Shown: in pieces, positions 21,170 to 31,576 of the stretch | Position numbering within the stretch: the first letter of the stretch is position 1 | How the letters are laid out: each line of letters starts with the position of its first letter | From: Candidatus Saccharimonadales bacterium | GTDB lineage: Bacteria > Patescibacteriota > Saccharimonadia > QS-5-54-17 | Reading direction: 5' to 3' | Assembly: GCA_040903985.1 (NCBI GenBank) | Contig: JBBDUI010000002.1 | Span: 326,038-390,037, forward strand | Length of the DNA: 64,000 bases | Translations under genes and position numbers: made by a program | Notes under the pieces: model-generated | Database searches by the model: none | Told to the model about the DNA's origin: nothing | Seen by the model: only the letters and a program-made list of their open reading frames with translations

Positions 21170-21616
21170 ATGGGAAGCGCTCACGTAGTATCGACCACAG
21201 ATAGCCGACCTACGGAAGCGGTGCTGCAGCAAGCATCACGAGCCGTCCGAGCCAACTTACGAGATCAGTTTCGTAGCTGGCGAGACGAGAGTCGACTCGA
21301 TCCATGCATCAGTCTGCCCGACGGACTGGTGGTATATCTCGAGGAGCACCGAGCTGACCAGAGTCAAACGGTCAGCGATGACCACCAGCTGACGAAATAC
21401 GGCGTTGGAATTCTCGACTATCAGGGCTGTCAGACGCTGCTGATGGTACCGGCCAAAAGAATCGTTGGGGCCTGGAGCAGTGTGCAGACCCAGTTCACTG
21501 CTAACGGCCTTGTGATCGAGAGTTGGTCGCCGGCCGATCTACCCGGCACCATCAAAGACGCTTTCCGCGTCATTGACCTGGACCGGATCGAACCCCTCTT
21601 CCCTACTAGTTGGTAG
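21170..21616 (+). CDS. Hypothetical protein
   Basis: 148-aa ORF with GGGGT upstream, fills the gap between two minus-strand genes. Confidence 0.6.
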   Translation: MGSAHVVSTTDSRPTEAVLQQASRAVRANLRDQFRSWRDESRLDPCISLPDGLVVYLEEHRADQSQTVSDDHQLTKYGVGILDYQGCQTLLMVPAKRIVGAWSSVQTQFTANGLVIESWSPADLPGTIKDAFRVIDLDRIEPLFPTSW

Positions 21617-21639
21617 CGGGGTTGTCCACTGCCCACCCA

Positions 21640-21700
21640 GCGCCAACACTTCTCAGTCGTTCCGGGATTCCTCGGGACGCGGACTGGCGAGTGTTGGCGC
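21640..21700. terminator. Long irregular hairpin between convergent genes
   Basis: GCGCCAACACT...AGTGTTGGCGC outer stem with nested CAGTC/GACTG and GTTCCG/CGGGAC stems. Confidence 0.55.
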
Positions 21701-21718
21701 GTTACTTTTATACTTAAT

Positions 21719-22864
21719 TTAATAACGCAAGATAGCCAATGCTGGAGCCATACCTACCCCAGCTAGATCGTTGGCCTCGTGCACCTCACCTCCATGGGCA
21801 TAGGTGCCGGCGATGGCGATATCTATCAAATCAACTGCCCCGGGACGACGTTCAGAGAGTGAGACTACCTGCTGGTCATCAACTTCTCCCCATACCTGCT
21901 GATTGCCACGATAAAGTAATCGCTCCACCTTACCGGCTAAAGCCGCCCGGACGATCTCTTCCAGTCGGCCACTGGCTAGTTGCTGATTCTTCGCCTTTAA
22001 TTCGTGGTAGCGCTCAACTACCTCCGCCGTATCAATTGCAAAACGCGGCTGCATCAGTTCAAGTGCCCGTCGATGCAGCTCGTGGGGTTTTACGGTATCG
22101 AAGTTACCACTTAGATGTTCCTCGACTAGTTTATGTTTTAGTTTAGCCCCTCTGTATAGGGAAAATAACTTATCATCTCCGGCAAATAGCACAGGAGCGT
22201 GGCTGTCACGGAGTTCCTGGTTTACACCCTCAGCAATCAGGCGGATAAAACGAGGCGGATCAACATCCTGTAGGTCCTTAGCACCACCATGGCCATGAAA
22301 GATCGCGTCCCCCCTGCTACCGCCCTGATCGGCCACGTGGTTCTGTAGTTGCCGTTCGTTATCGTCCGTGCCCAAGCCCTGCTTAATATCGACAGGTATG
22401 GCGTCGGAGTTGATCACAGATATTCCCTCCATATTCGCCCGGTAAAGCTGTACTCGATTTAAGCTGGCCTGCAGGATATAGAAAATCTGATTAGCACTGA
22501 TTAGTGGTATCAGTGGCTTAATATGGTAGTGACCAGCTGTAATCGAGACCTCCGGCACTGGCAATGGCAGGCGGTAATCTTTCGTCCCTTGCTCCGATAT
22601 ATAAACGGCTAGCCCTTGACGCTGATGCTGCCAGAAAAGGTCATCGCCCAAGAAATCGCGGGCTTTACGTAGACGCTCCTCCACTTTACGGCGCTTATAA
22701 CCAAGTTCAATTAAATCAGTAGCGGCGCTATCCAGAAGATTACGGAAACGAATACGGTCTTCCTCCAGCTCCCGCACCGCCGCTTTATGGGTGGGTAGGT
22801 AAATCGAAGTGACGTGGCCACTCTGCGGTCGCATTAACCTATCGATTAGCTTACGGTTGATCAT
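21719..22864 (-). CDS. Bacterial aeRF1-like release-factor-family protein (baeRF3 type)
   Basis: SIYLPTH, QGLAVY, YHIKPLIP, FHGHG, AALAGKVE.L, C-terminal AILRY. Confidence 0.75.
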   Translation of the reverse strand: MINRKLIDRLMRPQSGHVTSIYLPTHKAAVRELEEDRIRFRNLLDSAATDLIELGYKRRKVEERLRKARDFLGDDLFWQHQRQGLAVYISEQGTKDYRLPLPVPEVSITAGHYHIKPLIPLISANQIFYILQASLNRVQLYRANMEGISVINSDAIPVDIKQGLGTDDNERQLQNHVADQGGSRGDAIFHGHGGAKDLQDVDPPRFIRLIAEGVNQELRDSHAPVLFAGDDKLFSLYRGAKLKHKLVEEHLSGNFDTVKPHELHRRALELMQPRFAIDTAEVVERYHELKAKNQQLASGRLEEIVRAALAGKVERLLYRGNQQVWGEVDDQQVVSLSERRPGAVDLIDIAIAGTYAHGGEVHEANDLAGVGMAPALAILRY

Positions 22865-22967
22865 ACCTACCTCCTGCTTTTAACGTACTCACTAAGTATA
22901 CCAAGCCAGTGACATTTAACAGGGGCGGATGTTTGACTTAGCCTACATCAAGTAGTCTAGTAATGAG

Positions 22968-23369
22968 CTAGGCGTTATCACTACTATCTGGGTCGAAATC
23001 AAGTGCTAGCGAGTTGATACAGTAGCGCTGTCCCGTCGGCTGAGGTCCGTCACTGAAAAGGTGACCCAGATGGGAGCCGCAACGCTTGCAACGCACTTCG
23101 ATGCGACTCATACCGTGAGAACTATCGCTGACAAGCTTAACCCTCTCACTGTCTTTAACATCGCAAAAGCTGGGCCATCCGCTGCTTGAATCAAACTTTG
23201 TTTCAGAATCGAACAGCACTTGATGACAGGCAGCACACGAGTAGCTACCGTGTTCGGAATTATGCAGCAGAGTACCACTGCCTGGTAATTCCGTTTCACC
23301 TTGACGCAGTATTCTATACCGAGCCGGACTTAAGCGCTCCTGCCACTGTTCATCTGTTAATTCATCCAT
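22968..23369 (-). CDS. msrB: Peptide-methionine (R)-S-oxide reductase
   Basis: TKFDSSSGWPSF, HLGHLF.DGP.PTGQRYCINS; likely start MDELTD at 23369. Confidence 0.96.
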   Translation of the reverse strand: MDELTDEQWQERLSPARYRILRQGETELPGSGTLLHNSEHGSYSCAACHQVLFDSETKFDSSSGWPSFCDVKDSERVKLVSDSSHGMSRIEVRCKRCGSHLGHLFSDGPQPTGQRYCINSLALDFDPDSSDNA

Positions 23370-23422
23370 AGCTACTATTATACGCCCTGGACATCGGCCC
23401 ACTTCAATGGGAAACTAGCCGT

Positions 23423-23920
23423 ATGGCAAACTACTCATTCGACATTGAATCAACTTTCGATAAAGCGGAGCTAAACAACGTTTTCGATCAAACTCAACGC
23501 GAGATAGCTAACCGGTATGATTTTAAAGGTACTCCAGCCCAACTGGAATGGCTAAATAGCGATAGAACCGGCTTTAAGGTAACCGGCAGTGGGGACTGGC
23601 AAATTGACGCCATCCTTGACATAGTCCGCAAGAAGTTAGCTAGCCGAGGGCAGAGCCAAAAGATACTCGACACCAACCGTGACTCCATAACCCGTAACCT
23701 CAAGACCACGAAAGAAGTACTGTTTAAGCAGGGCTTAGATCAGGACAAGGCTAAACATCTCACCAAGCTTATCCGGGATAAATTTCCTAAAGTTAAGACC
23801 CAGATTCAAGGTGATGCAGTCCGGGTAAACGGTAGTAGCAAGGACGACCTCCAGGCGGTCATGCAACTGATTAATTCCCAAGAGTTAGACTTTCCAGTTA
23901 GTTTTACTAACTACCGCTAG
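23423..23920 (+). CDS. yajQ: YajQ-family nucleotide-binding protein
   Basis: SFDI.S, EIANRYDFKG, QIQGDAVRV....KDDLQ, F.NYR. Confidence 0.92.
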   Translation: MANYSFDIESTFDKAELNNVFDQTQREIANRYDFKGTPAQLEWLNSDRTGFKVTGSGDWQIDAILDIVRKKLASRGQSQKILDTNRDSITRNLKTTKEVLFKQGLDQDKAKHLTKLIRDKFPKVKTQIQGDAVRVNGSSKDDLQAVMQLINSQELDFPVSFTNYR

Positions 23921-24888
23921 CTATCGATCACTCCGAGCCTCGCGAACAGTCGCTGCATAAAGTGTGATTTATGGTGCTTGGTGTGGACGTGATAGTGGTG
24001 GAAGACGCGTACGTGGTGCGGATGAGACAGTAATACACCGGCTAAAATAACTACCGCGCCTATAACCGCACTTACTGCTAGTCGTTCGCCTAGCAGTGTA
24101 GCTGCCGCTGCCGCGCCCACCAGTGGCTCTAAGTAGTATATCGGCGCCGTATCCTCTGCCCTCACCTCATGTAGTGACCAATAGTAGAGACCGTTAGCTA
24201 TGACACCAGGCACGATAGTGCAGTAGAGTAAGGACCACCAAGCTACAGAATCCCCGAGCGGTAGCGTCGACCAATCACTGGAAATAGCCACATAGGCTAA
24301 AACCAAGCCGCCGGCGAGTATAAACCGTAAGCTGATCAACTCATTGGGCGCCAACCAGGTGTACATGTATTTAGCGTGAACTATACCGGCTGCAACCGAT
24401 GCGTAAGCTGTCAGTAGTAATACATCGCCTAGAACCAGCGTCTGACCTAAAACCACCGGCAGACCGATTAGCATCAGGCCACCGGTAAGCGATATCATAC
24501 CACCGATTAAGACACGTTTTATCGCCGGTTCATGCAGCAAGATCAGCGAGAACAGATAGACAAAGATCGGTGTAGTCAGGCCTAGAATTGAGGCCTTTAA
24601 GGCAGTCGATGCATCTACCCCAAGTGGAAATGCGACTACAAATACGATTATAAACGCTACCGATACACCTAACTGTAACAGTAGCCACTTATTCTTAAGG
24701 AAGCTTAGGCTGTGCACAAAACTTAACAAGATTAGACCGATGAGAAAGAAGCGTAATGAACTAAATAGCAAGGGGTCCATCGTCTCTATTCCGACCTTCA
24801 TGACTACGGCATTAGTGCCATACAGACTAATGGCAAAGGCAGCGACTGCTAGAGCGTTATAGTTTCTGGTTTTATTAATACTCAACAT
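23917..24888 (-). CDS. DMT/EamA-family transporter
   Basis: About ten TM helices in two repeats (LRF, TPIF, LEPLV...LLGE); His-rich C-terminus. Confidence 0.85.
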   Translation of the reverse strand: MLSINKTRNYNALAVAAFAISLYGTNAVVMKVGIETMDPLLFSSLRFFLIGLILLSFVHSLSFLKNKWLLLQLGVSVAFIIVFVVAFPLGVDASTALKASILGLTTPIFVYLFSLILLHEPAIKRVLIGGMISLTGGLMLIGLPVVLGQTLVLGDVLLLTAYASVAAGIVHAKYMYTWLAPNELISLRFILAGGLVLAYVAISSDWSTLPLGDSVAWWSLLYCTIVPGVIANGLYYWSLHEVRAEDTAPIYYLEPLVGAAAAATLLGERLAVSAVIGAVVILAGVLLSHPHHVRVFHHYHVHTKHHKSHFMQRLFARLGVIDS

Positions 24889-25002
24889 TTCTCTGACATA
24901 GTAGCACAGAGGCTCGGGGGGTGCGGGACCATAACCAGGTCGTACGCCACTCCACTTTAACTCCTATATAATAGAGCTAACTGACTTAACTTGAAGTGAT
25001 CT

Positions 25003-25581
25003 ATGCCCGATAAACTCTCTACTCGCTACAAACTCGGCTGGCAAGCAATCCGTCGGCTCCTTAGCCGCCCCCGCTATCTTCTCCTAGCCGCTCTGCTCTA
25101 TCCTCCGGTGCTCTGGCTGTTCACCTACCTCAGCAACCTCAACCTATTTATCTATGTAATGCGGGCCAACTTCTTAAGTGGCCGGGATAAGATTGAATTT
25201 CTGCTCAGCTCCTTCACTAATGTCTTCGCTAATCTGAATGATCCCTTAGCACTATCGATCGTCATCTTCGCCGGCTTCGCCACCCTGAACTTAGTCATGT
25301 TAAGCTATGCTATTAAAATGAACCGTCGAATCAGCGGCGCTAAGAGTTCATCAGCAGCGGCGCTAACCCTAGCTGGCTCCCACTGCATCGCTTGTGGCGG
25401 CTCCCTGCTGGCTCCGATCTTAACTGCTCTCTCCGGCAGCGGTGCATACATCAGCGCTACTCGAGCAAATACTACCGTACTGTTAGTGGTATCAATCAAT
25501 ATCATAGCAATCTTAATCATAGTCCACGCGACTTTAACGCTTGCGCAGCGGTCAAATGTCGGGCTGGCTAGGGCGCAGTAA
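25003..25581 (+). CDS. Hypothetical membrane protein with CxxC
   Basis: Multiple TM helices, SHCIACGGSLL. Confidence 0.7.
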   Translation: MPDKLSTRYKLGWQAIRRLLSRPRYLLLAALLYPPVLWLFTYLSNLNLFIYVMRANFLSGRDKIEFLLSSFTNVFANLNDPLALSIVIFAGFATLNLVMLSYAIKMNRRISGAKSSSAAALTLAGSHCIACGGSLLAPILTALSGSGAYISATRANTTVLLVVSINIIAILIIVHATLTLAQRSNVGLARAQ

Positions 25582-25604
25582 GGATAGTCGGTATAATTAT
25601 TCAC

Positions 25605-25970
25605 ATGAATAACTACAAACTACTTAGAATTGGAGTCTTAACAGTAGGACCGTTAATGTCCGCTACATTTACGCTATAGCCTATCTTCCGCTACGCTAGC
25701 CCTTCTGAACTTATTAACGAATTAATATATGGTTCAGGGATCGGCTGGATGATACTATCTCTACCCTATGTTTGGTTCTGGGCGGTTACTAAGAAAGCCA
25801 AAGGCATTTTAGTGCCAATCTCAGCTAGTGTCTTAATTATGACAGGTCTAGCGGGGATGTTATTTGTACACCTATCTAGCGGTGCGCAGTCTGGTCTAGT
25901 GTTCTTATATATTATACCGATTCAGTTCATCGCTGTAGCTTATCTGGCTTTCCAGACTAAAACCAGTTAG
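25605..25970 (+). pseudogene. Membrane-protein gene interrupted by an in-frame TAG
   Basis: TATAAT-7 nt-ATG at 25605 is in frame with ORF 25749..25970; single TAG at 25677-25679. Confidence 0.55.
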
Positions 25971-26049
25971 CATTCCTTATGCACTGAATCCTAATTGGGA
26001 GCTGTTTCGTTCGGAAAAGGAAGAACCATAGCCCTTAGCAAGTGCCGAA

Positions 26050-26077
26050 TAGCGGAGAGGGCGGGTCCAAACCCCGA
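26050..26077 (-). repeat. Degenerate direct repeat of the tRNA-Ser(GGA) 3' end (att-like scar)
   Basis: TCGGGGTTTGGACCCGCCCTCTCCGCTA versus tRNA TCGCGGGTTCGAATCCCGCCCTCTCCGCCA; 14-bp exact core CCCGCCCTCTCCGC. Confidence 0.65.
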
Positions 26078-26138
26078 TCTCCAGAAGACTATGCCCCACC
26101 GTTGGCGGAGACATAGTCATTAAAGCAGAGCAACTGGA

Positions 26139-26741
26139 TCAAGAACTCGACTTCCGAGCAATAAAGTTAAGATAATTACTAGCTCTGGGCTGAAACTTAG
26201 AGAAGAACAAGATATCGAATCCGTGCTTTTCCATCAAGCTCCTGATCTCACTCTCTGTATAGTAGCTAAACCAGCGCGGCTTGTTTACTCCTGCACTTTC
26301 CCGATAGCCTTCGCCCTTCCCTTCAATCATGCCTAGCCCTATGACCCCATTCGGCCGCAAAACCCGACTCACCTCAATTAATGGAATATCTACAGCTGAC
26401 TTTTTAGCGTGCAGCAAGGAAGTATATGCCCAAACAGCGTCGAAGCTTCTATCCCCAAAAGGCATACTATTATAGTCACCCATTACTGCCCTTAGCCCAC
26501 GTGCTGAACAGAAATCAATCATAGCCTGAGATGCATCAAGACAGGTGACATCCAAGCCTTTTTCCCTAAGGATCAGTCCATCCCTCCCGGGGCCACTCCC
26601 TACATCTAGCACCTTCTTGCCAAACGCTAACTCAGTAAACTTATCGATGAATTCTCGAGGATGGTCATCCCAAAAACCAGTAGTCTCTTCGTCGTACTCC
26701 GACGCCAACTGGTTATATGTATTGATTGTGATTTTATCCAT
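26139..26741 (-). CDS. Class I SAM-dependent methyltransferase
   Basis: VLDVGSGPGRD, FDAVWAYTSLLH, RVLRPNG. Confidence 0.9.
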   Translation of the reverse strand: MDKITINTYNQLASEYDEETTGFWDDHPREFIDKFTELAFGKKVLDVGSGPGRDGLILREKGLDVTCLDASQAMIDFCSARGLRAVMGDYNSMPFGDRSFDAVWAYTSLLHAKKSAVDIPLIEVSRVLRPNGVIGLGMIEGKGEGYRESAGVNKPRWFSYYTESEIRSLMEKHGFDILFFSKFQPRASNYLNFIARKSSS

Positions 26742-26771
26742 AACAGATAGGCCTTAATAAAATTTAATAAT

Positions 26772-26863
26772 TGGCGGAGAGGGCGGGATTCGAACCCGCG
26801 AAACGGATTGCTCCGCTTACACGCTTTCCAAGCGTGCTCCTTCAGCCTCTCGGACACCTCTCC
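26772..26863 (-). tRNA. tRNA-Ser(GGA)
   Basis: GGAGAGG acceptor, anticodon arm CACGC-TTGGAAA-GCGTG, long variable arm, GGTTCGAATCC, ends GCCA. Confidence 0.96.
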
Positions 26864-26897
26864 ACGCATACTATGATATCAAAGTAGCCTCAATGAC

Positions 26898-27500
26898 CTA
26901 GCTATACGACCAGTCTACAGGGGTAAGCTTAAAACCAAGCGCCTGGGCACCGGTAGACTCCACTAATGTCACCCCTTGATCGACATCACAGATAGCCGAG
27001 GCCATCGCCAGTAGAACTGCCCGGTCTTGCTGGCACTTCTCTTTTGGCATACCAGCACTAAGATCTACTTCCGGCAGATTATAGAGATGCGCACTATAAA
27101 CTGAACCGAACCGGTCCACTCCGAAGGCACTCACCGTATGAGCCGCCACAACGTTCTGCGCTAAGCCCGGAGTCGGAAACATACTAGCTGTAAAGTCCGG
27201 CTCATCAGAACCGATCGCTATCTTACCAAAGCCATAACGCATAGCTTCTTTACGGATGAACCGGGCTACCTCTGCCTGCATTACCTCAAAAGGCTCATTC
27301 TCAATGAATCCCAGTAAGTAGTCCATCTCTAACGGTACGCGTTCCGGTATATTCGGTATATCACGCCTATTCCGGATCGCTATACTGCTACTTAACGCTC
27401 GCAATAGCCAAGATTGAGCTTGACTGACCTCGACTAGTTTGGGCCGCAAGCCAGCTTCTTTTGAGGAGATCGGGGCTACATAGTTAGGGTTTGCGGCCAT
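26898..27500 (-). CDS. Hypothetical protein
   Basis: 200-aa ORF, no recognised motif. Confidence 0.6.
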   Translation of the reverse strand: MAANPNYVAPISSKEAGLRPKLVEVSQAQSWLLRALSSSIAIRNRRDIPNIPERVPLEMDYLLGFIENEPFEVMQAEVARFIRKEAMRYGFGKIAIGSDEPDFTASMFPTPGLAQNVVAAHTVSAFGVDRFGSVYSAHLYNLPEVDLSAGMPKEKCQQDRAVLLAMASAICDVDQGVTLVESTGAQALGFKLTPVDWSYS

Positions 27501-27617
27501 GTGTTTATTTCTGCTTGTGAATGTACTTAGAAAATACCATAAGAATTACTGGATTACAATCGAGATTGAATTATGCTTGATTGAACAAATATGTGAGAGG
27601 TATGTATAATAGAGTCA

Positions 27618-28295
27618 ATGTCGCTTATAAAGCTGAACAACATTACGAAGTCCTACGGCAAGGGTGACACCTCTACGCAAGTACTGGAAGATGTCTCCCT
27701 GGAGATAAACGAAGGTGAATTTGTCGCTATCGTCGGTGCCTCCGGTAGTGGTAAGACCACTCTGATGAACCTTATCGGTCTACTCGATCGACCCGATAGT
27801 GGTACCTACACACTCAACGATAAGGACGTCAGCAAGTTATCCGACGCTCGCCGAGCCCAAGTGCGCCGGGAGCAAGTTGGCTTCGTCTTCCAAAGTTTCA
27901 ACCTCATCCCCCGCCTCAGTGCTCAAGGCAACGTAGAACTACCGATGATTTATGACAAAGTCAGTAGTAAAAATCGCCGCGTTCAGTCTGAGCGCTTACT
28001 TAAACTCGTCGGGCTCGGTGACCGGATGAAAAACCGACCAAACCAGCTCTCCGGCGGACAGATGCAACGCGTAGCCATCGCTCGTGCCTTAGCTAATCGC
28101 CCGAAGCTGATTCTAGCCGACGAACCGACCGGCAACCTCGACAGCAAGACCGGTGCTACAATCTTAAAGATGTTCCAGAAACTGAACGCCAAGGGCAATA
28201 CCATTATTATCATCACCCACGATACCGAGGTCGCACAATATGTAAATCGCACTATCACTATTAAAGATGGTCGCATTGAGGAGAAAACCGAATGA
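27618..28295 (+). CDS. ABC transporter ATP-binding protein (MacB/LolD type)
   Basis: [38 protein letters not shown]. Confidence 0.95.
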   Translation: MSLIKLNNITKSYGKGDTSTQVLEDVSLEINEGEFVAIVGASGSGKTTLMNLIGLLDRPDSGTYTLNDKDVSKLSDARRAQVRREQVGFVFQSFNLIPRLSAQGNVELPMIYDKVSSKNRRVQSERLLKLVGLGDRMKNRPNQLSGGQMQRVAIARALANRPKLILADEPTGNLDSKTGATILKMFQKLNAKGNTIIIITHDTEVAQYVNRTITIKDGRIEEKTE

Positions 28296-29533
28296 TCTGG
28301 CGCAACTTCAAAATGGCAGTGGCTTCTCTCCGGCACAGTAAGTTACGTTCATTTTTAACCATGCTAGGCATCATCATCGGCGTATCTTCCGTGATTACCG
28401 TGATCGCTGTCGGCGAGGGTGTGAAGCAACAGATTGTAGGTGAGTCGGAAACCTTAGGGGCTAACCTAATCAGTATCACCCCTGGCCAAACCTTCGGTGA
28501 AGACGGTCAGGGCTTTAACCCAGCCGCCTCGATCGGCGTATCTACTCTGACTGAGGCCGATTTAGCAACTATCCGTAACATCGACACGGTCGCAGTAGCC
28601 GCCCCACTCTCTCTCATCTCCGGTGTACCGAGTCGTGGCGAGACTCGCGCCAGTGGATCCACTATCATGTCCACTACACCCGATATAGCTGAAGTACTAA
28701 AGCTAGACCTCGCTGTCGGCAACTTCTTCGCTACCTCAACCGCTGAGGGAACAGAGAATGCCGCTGCTAGTCCCGAGACGGTACTCGGCTTTAACGTAGC
28801 TGACCAATTATTTGACTCTCCTGAGCAGGCAGTAGGAGAAACTATCAAGCTACGAGACCGTAACTTTGTAGTTACCGGAGTGCTTGCCGAACCGGCCGAT
28901 GGCTTCGCTTTCGGCGTGGAAGCTCAAATGGCTGGAGGAGTCTTTATACCCTTTGAGGTTGGGCGTGATATAGCCGGTGGGGTAGCTAACATCATTGAAA
29001 TCGATGCTCTCGCTACTGATACTGAGGTGCTAGACGAGACTGTCGCCGCTATCGAGAGCGCCATCCTCGCCAACCATGATGGTGAAGAAGATTTTACTGT
29101 CATGACTCAGGACCAATTCGTCGAAGTCTTCGACACCATTTTCGGCTCAGTGGCTGCTTTCATCGCAGCTATTGCTGCCATCTCCCTCCTAGTTGGTGGT
29201 ATCGGGGTAGCCAACATCATGCTCGTCTCCGTAACCGAGCGCACCCGTGAAATCGGTATTCGTAAGGCCGTAGGTGCCACCCGCCTACATATCATGCTAC
29301 AGTTCCTGATTGAAGCTATAGTACTCTCTGTTATCGGTGGTCTGCTAGGAGTGGCAGCGGCCTATGGATTAACCCAGATTATCGAGTCCCAAGCCAGTAT
29401 CCAAGCCATATTTACACCGATGGCATTCATGCTAGCCCTAGGTGTATCTGGCGGTGTCGGTATTCTCTTCGGTATCGCACCAGCTATTAAAGCCGCCCGT
29501 AAGGACCCCATCAAATCCCTCCGCTACGAATGA
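28292..29533 (+). CDS. ABC transporter permease (MacB/FtsX type)
   Basis: [55 protein letters not shown]. Confidence 0.95.
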   Translation: MIWRNFKMAVASLRHSKLRSFLTMLGIIIGVSSVITVIAVGEGVKQQIVGESETLGANLISITPGQTFGEDGQGFNPAASIGVSTLTEADLATIRNIDTVAVAAPLSLISGVPSRGETRASGSTIMSTTPDIAEVLKLDLAVGNFFATSTAEGTENAAASPETVLGFNVADQLFDSPEQAVGETIKLRDRNFVVTGVLAEPADGFAFGVEAQMAGGVFIPFEVGRDIAGGVANIIEIDALATDTEVLDETVAAIESAILANHDGEEDFTVMTQDQFVEVFDTIFGSVAAFIAAIAAISLLVGGIGVANIMLVSVTERTREIGIRKAVGATRLHIMLQFLIEAIVLSVIGGLLGVAAAYGLTQIIESQASIQAIFTPMAFMLALGVSGGVGILFGIAPAIKAARKDPIKSLRYE

Positions 29534-29567
29534 ACCGGTAGAACATTAACGTAGAACTACGATATGC

Positions 29568-29601
29568 CAAAACGAAAACATCTTATGGTGTTTTCGTTTT
29601 G
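29568..29601 (+). terminator. Inverted repeat after the ABC operon
   Basis: CAAAACGAAAACA/TGTTTTCGTTTTG 13-bp stem. Confidence 0.55.
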
Positions 29602-29704
29602 TTAAGGAGGAGTCGATGACAAGCAAGGCGTAAGCCAGTGGCGGCATTGACGTAAAGCTGAGCGGACTCCGACGTGATATACTGTCGCCAAAGGATTATT
29701 CAGG

Positions 29705-30424
29705 ATGAAGCTGCTAGCTCCCACTATCTTCGACCCCTTTCCGGAAGTAGTAGCAGCTATGAGTATGCGTGACACTGCTGGTGCGAACCAGCTAAACATG
29801 AGCCGGCAGCAAGAAAGTAAAATCGCTCGTACTAACCGCCAACAATTCGCTGCTGAGATCGGGTTCGACCTAGAGCAGCTAGCCGCTCCCGAACAGAATC
29901 ACACTGATATAGTCCATGTCGTTCAAGGAGAGTACCACCCCCACCCGGGAGACGGCGTGATTACTAGTGAGCCAGGCTGGCTACTTGGTATCACGGTGGC
30001 TGACTGCGTACCGCTCCTACTGTTCGACCCCTTATCTGGTAGTTACGGCGCTATCCACTCTGGCTGGCGTGGCAGCGCCCAGAACATCGCCGGTATAACC
30101 GTGCAGAAAATGATGCGAGAGTTCTCCCTGCGACCAGAGAACCTCTATGCCTGGATCGGTCCCAGTGCCGATAAAGCCACCTATGAGGTCGGCTACGATG
30201 TAGTCAGTCAGTTTAATCCTAAATACTCCACTCCCCTAGATGCCGACCGCTGGCTATTTGATAACAAGAGGGTGGTACATGATCAGCTATTAGACAATGG
30301 GCTAAGACTAGAGCGGATCGAGATATCCAGCCTTGATACTATCTCCAACCCCGAGCTACACTCCGAACGGCGAGATGAAGAGACCTCCGGACGGATGTTA
30401 GCCGCCATCGGCATAACTCGTTAG
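29705..30424 (+). CDS. pgeF: YfiH/PgeF-family protein
   Basis: Q.H, DGVIT, TVADCVPLL, AIHSGWRG, IGPS, GRMLA. Confidence 0.9.
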   Translation: MKLLAPTIFDPFPEVVAAMSMRDTAGANQLNMSRQQESKIARTNRQQFAAEIGFDLEQLAAPEQNHTDIVHVVQGEYHPHPGDGVITSEPGWLLGITVADCVPLLLFDPLSGSYGAIHSGWRGSAQNIAGITVQKMMREFSLRPENLYAWIGPSADKATYEVGYDVVSQFNPKYSTPLDADRWLFDNKRVVHDQLLDNGLRLERIEISSLDTISNPELHSERRDEETSGRMLAAIGITR

Positions 30425-30427
30425 GAC

Positions 30428-31462
30428 CTACAACTGGCCCTTTAACTTCTCGATCGTCTCAACTCTAACTGGGTTCACGCCGTTGAGGATGCCACTGTAT
30501 ACACTGACGAAATCACCCAGCAGACAGCTCCAAAGCAACTGCTCGAGACGATTCTGTCCCTTTACTTCCACCTCGATTGGGGCCGGCATTTGTCCGGACA
30601 ACAAACGATTACTGAGGTCAAAGCGCTTCTGTACTTGCGGATGATCTAGGTGGGAGCGTAGCTCTACTATGCCAAATGGCTTCTCTACTGGGTGAGAGGT
30701 CCAGCCGATAAACTCATTGTGGTTAAACTCCGGTAGCTCATTCCAGCTAGCTACACTCTTCGCGTTCTCGTTAAAATCAATCTTCCATTTGTAAGCTGCG
30801 CTAGCCAGGCTGGCACTGGCATAGATCCAAACCGCCTTGCCCATCAGCTGCTCCGCTATTTGTTTAGCATAGTTGCTATCGGTCGGCACACTAAGCTCCC
30901 ACGCTTTCGCCGCGGAACGCAGTAGGCCTTCGGCTTGCTGTAGTTCATTAGTTGCATCCTCCACTAGCTTTAACGCCTCGAAGAGTGTGGCTAGTGACTT
31001 AACTCCGTACCAGACCGCCATGCGTGGCTGATAGCCAGTCGGCAGTTCGATAAAGGTCGAGTTATCAGCCTGGGCTAAGTCGCGAAGCTCTCCCCCGCTA
31101 GCCATGACTATGATCTGCGCCTGTATACGCTTAGCCTCGATGAAACAACTCAATACCTCTTCGGTATTTCCGGAGTAGCTAGCGCAGATGATTAAGGTCC
31201 GATCATTCGCATAAGCCGGGAGCTTATAATCTCGAATGACTATGAACGGCACTGCCAGGCGATCACTCCACCAGTTCTGGCAAAGGGCAGCGGCCAGAGC
31301 GGAGCCCCCCATACCGACGAAGACCACTTGATCGATCTTATCCTTATCAATTGCCTCAAGTGTTAATGCCGGTGTATAGCTTAGCTGCTCCGGCTGGGTC
31401 GCGGTAACTGCTAAGGCATTATCTGCATCGATTCGTCGCACATAGTGTTCGTCGTCTAGCAT
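30428..31462 (-). CDS. Bifunctional phosphoglucose/phosphomannose isomerase
   Basis: GMGGSA, SYSGNTEE, QPR, NENAK, PEFNHNE. Confidence 0.92.
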   Translation of the reverse strand: MLDDEHYVRRIDADNALAVTATQPEQLSYTPALTLEAIDKDKIDQVVFVGMGGSALAAALCQNWWSDRLAVPFIVIRDYKLPAYANDRTLIICASYSGNTEEVLSCFIEAKRIQAQIIVMASGGELRDLAQADNSTFIELPTGYQPRMAVWYGVKSLATLFEALKLVEDATNELQQAEGLLRSAAKAWELSVPTDSNYAKQIAEQLMGKAVWIYASASLASAAYKWKIDFNENAKSVASWNELPEFNHNEFIGWTSHPVEKPFGIVELRSHLDHPQVQKRFDLSNRLLSGQMPAPIEVEVKGQNRLEQLLWSCLLGDFVSVYSGILNGVNPVRVETIEKLKGQL

Positions 31463-31576
31463 GTTAGCGTTTCCATTTAGGATTTACCCTAGTATAACGG
31501 GTTTAGAAAATTGACGCGACCGCCAGTGACTGGCGGTCGTTTGATCGTCTAAATTATAAATTGTTTGATCTAGCTT

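Noticed and set aside
25677-25679. Stop-codon reassignment
   Set aside because: All conserved genes translate fully under code 11 and use TAG, TGA and TAA as genuine stops.
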